Of a stretch of DNA of 64,000 bases, positions 53,950 through 64,000 are shown piece by piece. The notes under the pieces are model-generated. The model saw nothing but the letters and a program-made list of their open reading frames with translations, did not search any database and had not been told where the DNA came from. A program made the position numbers and the translations under genes. The DNA is from Eledone cirrhosa. Its lineage: Eukaryota. Where the stretch lies: NCBI GenBank assembly GCA_964016885.1, contig OZ024742.1, forward strand, positions 354,702,001-354,766,000, written 5' to 3'. The first letter of the stretch is position 1; each line of letters starts with the position of its first letter.

Positions 53950-56575
53950 TCAACACATGTTGGACGAACGCAAACACCTTGGCCGACACCTCGTTCCAGT
54001 TAGTTTTTCTCCACCTGGAGGTCTGGTCAGAACCAGACCCCGAGCAGCTTTACCGGTACTTCAGTCCAGCCTCAGACGACTCCGTCGGAAGGCATCGGTT
54101 TGCCTCCCACGTTCCGATTTTCAAACCGACGGACTTGTCCCGGTTCAGCTTCGCTCCTGTGTACCTTTCGTATTCCTTCATTAAGTTGCCGACCTCCCCG
54201 ATATGCGAGGTGTTCGACACCATATCTCTGCCGTCGTCGGTGTAGGCCGACGCCGCTCTTCACAGTCCCGGTTCCAACGGGATGTTGCAGTAGCTCCAAT
54301 TTTCGCAGTAGTGGCTCGAGAGTCAGTACGTTGAGAAGGGGGGAGAGAGGGCGTCCCTGTCGGATGGACCGTGTGATTTGGAACGGCACCGAGAGGTAGC
54401 CATTCACCTTAACCCTTCAGCAGATGTTGCTGCTGTGCATAGCAGTACCAGCCCCTGAACACGGTTCCGAAGCCTGCCGCCTCGAGCATCGCATCCAGGT
54501 AACGATGGTCAACCCTATCGAACGCCTTAAACTGATCCAAGTTGATCAGTGCCCCACCGAAGCCGTTTTCACACCCTAACCACTCTACGATGTATCGCAT
54601 GAGGTGGGGGCTGTCGTGTATGGACCTGGTCGGGGTTGCGCATGTCTGCGCTTCTCCCACTAAGTTCTCGACGACAAACGCCAGCCTCTTTTCTAGCACC
54701 TTGTCGAAAATCTCTAACTCTGTGTTTAGCAGAGTTATGGGCCTGAAGTTACCTATGTCATCCCCCTTATTCTCGTCCTTCTTGACTAGTGTGACTACGC
54801 TGTTGGTCACAGGACTGTGAATTCTTCCGTTCTGCTGCCATTTGTAGTAGACCGCTTCGAACAGACCGGAGAACAAGTCTGGCATTGCTACGTAAAATTC
54901 GTAGGGTAGACCGTCGACACCTGGTGATTTGCGTTTGCCGCATTCGCTCAGGGCGTCCACTATCTCAGTGGCCGAAATCGGTCTTTCGCAGAACTTCGCC
55001 TACCCGTCCGAGAATCGCGGCAGGCCGTCGAGGTAGGGGCCGAAATGCATAGCATTTATCCAGCGCATCACCCCTCCCGAACAGCTGTGCAAATTTCCGC
55101 TGAAAGGCCGCTCCCATCTGGTCCGGTACAAGCATCACGCGTCCATATTCGTCCTTCAAAGACCGAATCGTATACTTGTTGCCACTTTTCGCCTCTGTCA
55201 CTCGGGCCCAGCTAACAGCTTTTGCTCCATCGTTACCTAGAGCAGGTGTTTTACTCCTGAAAACGCAGCCTTCGTGCTTTGCGTCGAAGACCTGGTCAAA
55301 TGCCGTCCTTATCGCTAGCTACGCTGCCAGCCCTAATCGCCTCTTTTACTTTATCTACCAGTTCCCTTTCGGTCTTCTTCCTATCTAACGCTAATTCTTT
55401 ACTAAAACCTCTCGATTCTAAACTAATTGCTCTCTTGAGAGAGCCCCACTACCTGTTGTTGACAATTGCCCTCGTCAACTGCTGCTTAACTAAAGTGCTA
55501 ATCTGTCTACTGTAGGCTTTGCATGTTGGTAACGAAAAGTTCAGCTTCCAGTAGCTGGGTTCCTGCCTATGTGTTCTAGCAAGGTTGACTATGCAGGTCG
55601 TTAGTTTGTGATCTGAATAGGCAACCATGAACATGTGTGGATAGCTTAACATGTCCCTATCCCTATCTCTAATTAGAAACCTATCTAAGTACGATATAGA
55701 TGTCCCGCTACCGTTCGTCCACGTCCACAGTGGCGCAGTCTAGAGGTCTAGTCGGTATCCATCGGCTAGTTGAAATCGGCCGATTGACTGTTTGAGGCTG
55801 TTACGCTCCACTCTATCGGGACATGCTCCTACATAATCCCAACCTGCATCTGGGATTCCATTCCACTCCCCACTAAAAGCAAAGAGCGGGGCGTGCCCAG
55901 AAAAGTCTCCAGACGTTTGAACAAGTCTGGCCGCGATGTTCCGGATGGGGCATATACGGCCACCTGTATGAAGGCTCCACCTTCACTAGTGCTAACATCT
56001 AGGACCACCAGTCGATCCTCCGGGTCCAGATGTACCGTCTGTGTCACGAGGTCCAGGTATTTCCGCAGGAAAACGGCAACCCCGCTACCACCTCCCCGCT
56101 GACAGAGAGATGCGTAGATCTCAAAGTCGTTGAACATGGGAGCTAGCTGCCGCTCGCTGTGGATCCTGGACCCGCAAATGACTTCCACATCCATACTATG
56201 TGACCTGAGGTCGTTTAAGTGTCTGACCTGTTTCCAGGACATCCCCAGTCCGTGCACATTCACACATCCGAATCTTATATTGGCCATGTTGGTGAGGAAC
56301 AGTTCGAAAAGAAGTGGAAATAATTCACTTACCTCCTCGCTTCCTCGAGACCAGGCTGCACAATATCCATGGGCGTGTTCGAGGGGTTGTTTGGCAGGGT
56401 GGTGTTTCTGGCCGGATGGGGACGGATATGTTTGCTGGGGAGGGGTGTCAGGTGGGGTGGGTTGTATGGGGTGGGAATGTCTGAGGTGGGGGTGGGGAAA
56501 CATTTCAAAAGAACACGGTTATAGGGTTTCACGCAGGAATTACTCACGTTCTAAGGAAAGGTTTCTTTTAAAGAT
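53950..56575 (-). mobile_element. L1/Tx1-clade LINE ORF2 remnant (APE + RT), 3'-truncated
   Basis: APE: GCVNVHGL, GSGVAVF, AVYAP, YLDRFL, SDHK, YWKLN. RT: KSPGVDGLPYEFY, NFRPITLLN, LDQFKAFDRVDH, IRQG.PLSPLL. Confidence 0.9.
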
Positions 56576-56577
56576 TT

Positions 56578-56637
<60 letters not shown>
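56578..56637. repeat. (GATA)n microsatellite
   Basis: Direct read. Confidence 0.95.
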
Positions 56638-56638
<1 letters not shown>

Positions 56639-57366
56639 TTGTTTGTGTGTAATTGTGAGTGCATTAATATAGGTGTATTTGAAGCCAAACACTATATGTT
56701 TGTGCATAACGAATATATATGAATCTCACTAAGACTGTTTTAGGCTACGATATAGAATCGGGAAGAGAAGGCATGATGAAACGAGCGGCGGAAAGAAGAA
56801 AATAAAAACTGGAGAATTGTAATAGTGGAGATAATTTCATATTATGTAGCTATATGACAGATAAACATTTTCCTTCACATCACCTCTGATATTTATCACT
56901 AACACAAAAGGAACCACTTAACAATCATTTAACAAATGTTGCCCATACATCAACTTGTGAAATAACAGCGGTTTGCTTTGATGGTCAACCAACCAGTTTC
57001 TAGATATATCGAATACTTTTCTTTCTTAAAGCCAATATATTTTATTTAGAAAACCGTGTGAATTGTAATTGACAGACACATCGGTATCTTCCACAGCACA
57101 TTGTACGAATCCATGGAAAGAACCCAATACATGTTTAGAGAGGCCAAATAAATGTAGGTTTTATATAGTAATGCAAAGGAAAGTTAGATGTGCACACTAC
57201 TTGAAATACTGCCTCCTGGAGAAGTTAAATTTCGTCCCACTAACATCATCATATTCTCCTCAATCTGGTATTTTAACTATAACAAAGTAAGGGGTGTACG
57301 ACTGCGTACGGTTTATTTCTTTTAATCCGTTTAGTAAAATAATTTCGATTATTTTGAATAAATAAT

Positions 57367-57463
57367 TGTTTCTACTTTAGAGGCACAAGGCCAGCAATTA
57401 CCCAGTGCATTACTGGTACTTTATTTTATCGACCCCGTAAGGATGAAAGGCAAAGTCAACCTT
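57367..57463 (-). mobile_element. 5'-truncated SINE with 19-bp TSD
   Basis: TSD attattttgaataaataat at 57348-57366 and 57464-57482. Inserted in a repeat homologous (inverted) to ~27245-27405. Confidence 0.85.
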
Positions 57464-59292
57464 ATTATTTTGAATAAATAATGAATGAATATTACATAAT
57501 TTAAGTAGTAAATTTTGATTAAATTTAAGATAAATAATTTTATTGCTTATTTAAAATTGACTTCTTTTCAAAGTTTCAAATTTCTACACCTCCGGTATAT
57601 CGTCGTTCAACTACCATATATATAAAAAATAGAGAGTGTCTGATGAGGCGATACAGGTAGAATATTTGCAGAAGGAGTGTTTGCGAAGGACTCTGCCCCC
57701 ACGACCCTCTCAGAAATTTTCAATTTACATATATCTATATGCATATATATTTGTGTATAATATCAATATGCACACTATATACGCTAGCAGAAAACCACCT
57801 TAAGAGCTGTTTTTTCTGCTAGTTATTTATAAAAATGAAAGATATCAACATATGGCAGCCATAGTCACGTAACTTGTAAGGGAGGCGTAAAGACGTCGTA
57901 TAGAGACGCGGAGTTTCTACGTCACCTTTAAACCCATGTCTCCTCCACGCCTGAAAATAGTAGATTTCATCGAGAGAAGAATAGAGAAAGTTACAGGACG
58001 AAGGTGAGAAACAGATATAGAGAAAAAAATTGTCCCCAGTATATGACAGATACTTTTGTTTTGAGCTTCGATGGATGATAGCCACAGTTGAACTCGATGG
58101 GATTTGGACTCAGGAAGCAGAAAGCCGAAAGGCAGAGGGTACAATGATCTATCTTACGTTTTAACGATTCGATACTTCAACATGTGACACATCATTGTTT
58201 ATTCATGGCAATGTCGAAGTGCCGTACCTCTTGATTGAGTCACATAGGTATCATTGTGAGAGACAATGTGGCAGGAACTATCACATTCCATGCCGTAACA
58301 CAGGTGAGCAGACTCAGAGAAATAAAGAGAGGTGGAAAATGTGATTACAAAAGTATGGAAGGCAAAGTTGATTCACCGTCATTCGGTGTCATTGGGTGTC
58401 ATATGCACCAATCCCATTGTGCATTTAATTCGACACCATGATTTTGAACTCTGTGACATTTGCTATCAGGTGATCAGGTGATATCTAGTGACACATGCTC
58501 ATACATTTGTGAATCGTCATGCTTTATAATATGACGCCAAATTGCACGTTCTTATAAGGACATCATGGTACCAACTTTACCGAGCACTATATTAGTTGTG
58601 AATAAATTTGTTTACAATATTGCATCAATAACCAATGTTTTAGAGCAAAATGATCGATATAATATTGGGCATTCAGAATTATGATCTGTACACAAATAAA
58701 ATGAATTATTTCTACAGCCCGTACAAAATGAATTATTTCTACAGCCCGTACAAAAACCGACCTATTTCCTTGGAAAGCGAATTCTCGATTGAATTAATCA
58801 CGAAACTTGAGTAGAACAAATATTGCAGATCTCTGAGATATGTACGGCAAAATAGACACCGGAAAATGTGGTACTGTGAAGTGGTACAAGTAAACGATTA
58901 GCGCAGAAAATTGATTTAATCCAATACAGAAAAAAAATCAGAAGACAACTAAATTATAAGCTGAAGCAATCGAGTAGCTAGCAATAATAAAACGGGGAAA
59001 TGAAGTAAAATGTGTGAAGCTGGGTAGCTGTATATTTAAATGTATATTTACATACAAATGTATACATTCATATATATATATATATATACACACACACAGA
59101 TAAATCTACCACTCAATGGTAGGGTCTAAACCGTATAAAGAACTCAATGTAATCCGTATGTAGAAGATGTCGTGAAGCAAAGTTTAAAATAAAAACATTT
59201 TTTTATCAACGATATAATTCAATTAGTTACAGATTCAAAATAGAAATATTAAAACAATGAAATAAACACAAATCTGTTAATTCATAGTAAAG

Positions 59293-59430
59293 CACATTAT
59301 TTTACGATCGTTTCTGGGGGGTAGTCCTCTGCATGTTCATTTAATTATTGGTATATGTAAAACATATTACAAAGTATCATAGTGAGAAAAGAATACATAC
59401 GTCTTTCACTACCCGCCGTCTTCAGAAACA

Positions 59431-59435
<5 letters not shown>
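59293..59435 (-). ncRNA. type I hammerhead motif with ~105-nt stem II
   Basis: Minus: cacattgttt CTGAAGA cggcgggtagt...actaccccc-ca GAAA cgatcg TA aaataatgtg; 10-bp stem I. Confidence 0.7.
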
Positions 59436-59527
<92 letters not shown>

Positions 59528-59634
59528 AATATATATATATTTTTTTATAACTGATATAAAGCTCTCAACAAATTATTGGAGTAGAAATAGGATATATTAA
59601 CAAATGGAATCTATATTTATAAAACCATATTTAT

Positions 59635-59693
59635 TTCATTATACATATTTCAAGGACACCAAGTTAAATTATGGTGTGCTTTCATCAGATGAA
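59635..59693 (-). ncRNA. minimal type I hammerhead motif
   Basis: Minus: ttcat CTGATGA aagcacacca...tggtgtcctt GAAA tatgta TA atgaa. Confidence 0.75.
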
Positions 59694-59867
59694 CTATAAT
59701 ATAGATCAGTTTTATAAATAAATATTGACATACCCTTAAAGAACCCGACCATTTCTGTTGGAAGCTCCCGGATAGTGGGGTTATACATTTATTTATACTA
59801 TTATGCAAATTAGTGTCGGATATTTTAAAATCACAGTAGATTTAAAATAAGCCGTTGAGGTATGGGG

Positions 59868-60081
59868 AGAGGAAAAGAGAAAAAAGAATAAAAGAAAAAA
59901 TTAAAAAGAAAAAATTAAAAAGAAAAAAGAAAAAAGAAAAAAGAAAAAAAGAAAAAGAAAAAAAAGAAAAAAAAAGAAAAAAAGAAAAAGAAAAAAGCAA
60001 ACAAGAAAAAGAAAAAGAGAAAGAGAGAAAAAGAAGAAAAAAAAGAAAACAGAAAAGAGAAAGCGAAAGAGAAAGAGAAAG
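59868..60081. repeat. A-rich (GAAAAA)n low-complexity purine tract
   Basis: Direct read. Confidence 0.85.
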
Positions 60082-60403
60082 CCCTAAGTAATAGGTTGTT
60101 GTATTAGCATAACATTTAAGATGAAGTGAACAATAAATATTTTGGATGAGTAAAATAAATAAGTAAATAAGCGTGAATTGAAAATACTCGTGAATGGAAA
60201 ATGAATTTTAACCAGTGTTTAATATGATTAAATGTTTAGTTTATCAATTAAATTATCCATCAAATTATTGAGATCTATACATTAAAAGTTGAGATCTATA
60301 TATTATTAAAATGTATATATTATTAAAACCCATATATTATAAAAAGAATATATTCATATATGTACGTACGCACACATACATATACATACATATAAATAAA
60401 TAA

Positions 60404-60449
<46 letters not shown>

Positions 60450-60910
60450 TTACACATACCATACACACAGATAAAGGTATTTTTATTCATAAGATATAGG
60501 AATTTTCTTAAATTTATATATTTTTCTGAGAAACCAGAGAAAAAAAACCAGGAGAAAAACATTTCTATCTAATAGCAAAACAGCGTGAAGGAAATTAAGT
60601 TATTTACTTATATTAAATGTTATAAATATCAAGATAACAAAGGAAATTTAAGATTATAGAAACCTTATGTTATAATACAAACCTTATATTATACATTTTA
60701 TATTTACTAATTCCACCTGTTATGTAGTTGTGACTGTTATTATATAAGTTTGTTTATCACGAACCTTAAGGAAACCCTTATAATCTAGTGCATTTGAATT
60801 GTATGCATATATATATATATATATATATACACACAACTCCCACATATATACACATAGACATAGATACACATACAGGTAGATATGCATCATATATATATAT
60901 ATATATATAT

Positions 60911-61014
<104 letters not shown>

Positions 61015-61205
61015 ATGTACAGTACATAGTATAATTGAAATACATAATATATAAAAAATAAGATAAAAAAGAATTATATTACGATTTGGAAATATATTCT
61101 TACAATTATAAGCAATATAACTTTAAAGCAATATAATTTAAAAATATATAATTTTAAAAATTACAGAATATCTTAAGATATAATTTTAAAATATATATAT
61201 ATATT

Positions 61206-61238
<33 letters not shown>

Positions 61239-61873
61239 TTATATGTACTTGTGTGGTGGGGATGTATTTGTATGTATATATATATAAAATAATAGAATGT
61301 CTTCACTTGTAGTTTTAAACAATTTAATTTTATTTTATATTATAATTTTACAATTTGGTTTGAATATATATATATATATATATCAAAGGTATATATCGAG
61401 TTGGAAACTCAAAATAATCTCTTACAATATATCTGTGTTCGTTTTTCTTTTTTGTTCAGTTATACATATATATATATATTAGTGTATGTGTGTGTTTTTA
61501 TAATGTGGTGGGGATATATTCCTGTGTATGTATTTACATTTGCGGATGGACAGAGAGAGAGGAAGATAGTATATATATTCCATTAATTTGGTGAGGTTTT
61601 TCTTTTAGAAATAGTCTCTAGAAAGTGATGTACATAATTTACATGTACGACTATAAAGCTGGCTTTGTCTGTGTTGCGTGTGGAAAAGATGATGTTACAA
61701 TGTGGCTGATAGTGTTTGTGCGATGTATGAAAATATGAAAGAGTTAGAGGATAAAATAGAGAAATATGGAGCGAAAGAGAGTGAAGGGAGAGAGAGAATA
61801 AGAGAGTGTGAAACTGAAAGTTGGATGACAAAAAAGGAGAATGTGTACGTTTGTGTCTGCGTATTTGTGTGTG

Positions 61874-61972
<99 letters not shown>

Positions 61973-62209
61973 GAGAGAGTGAGAGAGAGAGAGAAAGTGA
62001 GATTACAGAGTCGATACAGGTCGAACCTTCAGCTGATCAGTGGCGAAACGCGCGTCACCAAACAATAAATGTAATGAAGGATAAACTGATCGTCGTTGTT
62101 ATCTTTTCAATATAATACATTCTGTATATCTCTACACTTCGACACAGAAGTTAACCTGAATATCGAGTGCTCACCGGGGTGAACCTCCAGTAACTCCAAG
62201 TCACACTTC

Positions 62210-62261
<52 letters not shown>

Positions 62262-62392
62262 ATAAATGCTCTGAAATAGCGATATATATGTGAATATAGA
62301 CATAGAATATTCGAAAATACTCTGTATGTTTATAATAAACATTTTGAAGACCTAATCGCTATAGAATAGAATACGTCACGTATTACAATTAG

Positions 62393-62481
62393 ATTCTCGA
62401 TAAAAGCAAGGGAAGTAATCTACGCGTTTCATTCTTGTTAGAAATCATCAGGACTACATATCCAGTGCTTTTATCGAGAAT
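62393..62481 (-). ncRNA. type I hammerhead ribozyme with extended stem I (copy 1)
   Basis: Minus: attctcgataaaagca-ctggatat-gtagtc CTGATGA t-ttct(aaca)agaa-t GAAA cgcg TA gattac-ttccct-tgcttttatcgagaat. Confidence 0.85.
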
Positions 62482-62702
62482 GACACAGCTAGAGACTTAT
62501 AGAATACTTAGCTGTGTACAGGAACTGGTTTGAAAGAGCGGTTGCCGGTCCGGCAGAAATTAGAAATTGGAATAAATGCTCTGAAATAGCGATATATATG
62601 TGAATATAGACATAGAATATTCGAAAATACTCTGTATGTTTATAATAAACATTTTGAAGACCTAATCGCTATAGAATAGAATACGTCACGTATTACAATT
62701 AG

Positions 62703-62791
62703 ATTCTCGATAAAAGCAAGGGAAGTAATCTACGCGTTTCATTCTTGTTAGAAATCATCAGGACTACATATCCAGTGCTTTTATCGAGAAT
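62703..62791 (-). ncRNA. type I hammerhead ribozyme (copy 2)
   Basis: Same motif, +310. Confidence 0.85.
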
Positions 62792-63012
62792 GACACAGCT
62801 AGAGACTTATAGAATACTTAGCTGTGTACAGGAACTGGTTTGAAAGAGCGGTTGCCGGTCCGGCAGAAATTAGAAATTGGAATAAATGCTCTGAAATAGC
62901 GATATATATGTGAATATAGACATAGAATATTCGAAAATACTCTGTATGTTTATAATAAACATTTTGAAGACCTAATCGCTATAGAATAGAATACGTCACG
63001 TATTACAATTAG

Positions 63013-63101
63013 ATTCTCGATAAAAGCAAGGGAAGTAATCTACGCGTTTCATTCTTGTTAGAAATCATCAGGACTACATATCCAGTGCTTTTATCGAGAA
63101 T
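63013..63101 (-). ncRNA. type I hammerhead ribozyme (copy 3)
   Basis: Same motif, +620. Confidence 0.85.
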
Positions 63102-63322
63102 GACACAGCTAGAGACTTATAGAATACTTAGCTGTGTACAGGAACTGGTTTGAAAGAGCGGTTGCCGGTCCGGCAGAAATTAGAAATTGGAATAAATGCT
63201 CTGAAATAGCGATATATATGTGAATATAGACATAGAATATTCGAAAATACTCTGTATGTTTATAATAAACATTTTGAAGACCTAATCGCTATAGAATAGA
63301 ATACGTCACGTATTACAATTAG

Positions 63323-63410
63323 ATTCTCGATAAAAGCAAGGGAAGTAATCTACGCGTTTCATTCTTGTTAGAAATCATCAGGACTACATATCCAGTGCTT
63401 TTATCGAGAA
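63323..63410 (-). ncRNA. type I hammerhead ribozyme (copy 4)
   Basis: Same motif, +930; the array ends at the outer stem arm. Confidence 0.85.
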
Positions 63411-63600
63411 GGAAATGTGGTAAGGAACCAGGTGGACCATAACGCACCAAAGTACTCAATACTTGAGGTAGTAGAGTGGGTAATAGGAACCAGTAAGACC
63501 CCGACAGCTGAGCTCAAGCCGTTTCGATGGCTAATTCTGGAGTCCAGAATTAGCCGTCGAAACGGCTTGAGCTCAGCTGTCGGGGTCTTACTGGTTCCTA
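63408..63600 (+). repeat. foldback element, copy D
   Basis: Near-perfect ~58-bp arms 63483-63541 / 63543-63601. Confidence 0.85.
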
Positions 63601-64000
63601 TATATATATATATATATAACGGCGATGAATTAGTTTTGCGAGATTTTTGATATGAAATCGTGTGTCGAAACAAATATTGTTATACTTGGGGAGGGTCATA
63701 TTTGTATAATATTGCCAGAATTAATAACAGAACACACTCACTGTTTGGTAGGTTTTCGCTTCTGCGTATTTTATATATGTAATTTAATTTATTCGGTCCT
63801 CAATGTTGCCATTGAATGACCAACCAACGATCGAAAATACAGATACAATATAGACACAAACACATATGTATAGTCTATCAAATTTATTTCGTTGCACATC
63901 TGCAACTACCATCAGTGGTGCTATTGTTTCCTCCTGTTGCATTGTATTTTCTACGCCATCTTTATTTAGTCTGTTTATATAAACAGTGAGTGTGTTCTGT

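Larger units (their letters stand above)
62256..63410 (-). mobile_element. 310-bp tandem array (~3.7 copies), one hammerhead per unit; candidate non-LTR retrozyme
   Basis: Exact 310 period (62259/62569/62879/63189); copies look identical; no ORF; starts in (TA)n. Confidence 0.9.

Noticed and set aside
57636-57720. CTGATGAgg at 57640
   Set aside because: No partner GAAA with compatible stems I and III found.
58150-58620. Possible second hAT remnant (HCL.H, ICES-like words)
   Set aside because: Fragments are too short and interrupted; no TIRs seen.
58717-58755. ~27-bp tandem duplication (also 25-bp at ~53860-53910)
   Set aside because: Ordinary slippage duplications with no further structure.
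59855-60091. Lys/Glu/Arg-rich 78-aa ORF
   Set aside because: Translation of an A-rich low-complexity tract.
62256-63410. CRISPR-like interpretation of the tandem arrays
   Set aside because: Units are fully identical with no unique spacers, and the context is eukaryotic with no cas genes.

Overview
AT-rich, microsatellite-dense animal DNA made almost entirely of nested transposable-element fragments. The SINE families and repeat landscape suggest an octopod cephalopod (inference). No intact host gene is evident. Recognisable elements are: many Penelope-like elements (PLEs; RT plus C-terminal GIY-YIG, mostly Nematis-like) with inverted pseudo-LTR pieces, inserted in (TA)n; a 3.0-kb hAT/Buster transposon with intact TIRs and TSD; an R4/Dong-like RLE LINE with an internal inversion; an L1/Tx1-like LINE; RTE 3' ends; tRNA-derived SINEs; and a mariner remnant. 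The main signal is RNA-structural. By eye I find roughly 20 type I hammerhead ribozyme (HHR) motifs with palindromic minimal stem III. They include two young, near-identical non-coding tandem arrays (483-bp unit at 50.7-52.1 kb, 310-bp unit at 62.3-63.4 kb) and an older ~530-560-bp one (46.6-47.6 kb), each with one HHR per monomer. These are candidate non-LTR retrozymes mobilised by the neighbouring PLEs. Several PLE HHRs share unusual features (CCGANGA core, 60-105-nt stem II). A small foldback family whose arms co-vary within each copy is also present. All ribozyme calls are by-eye motif and pairing reads, not computed or assayed.
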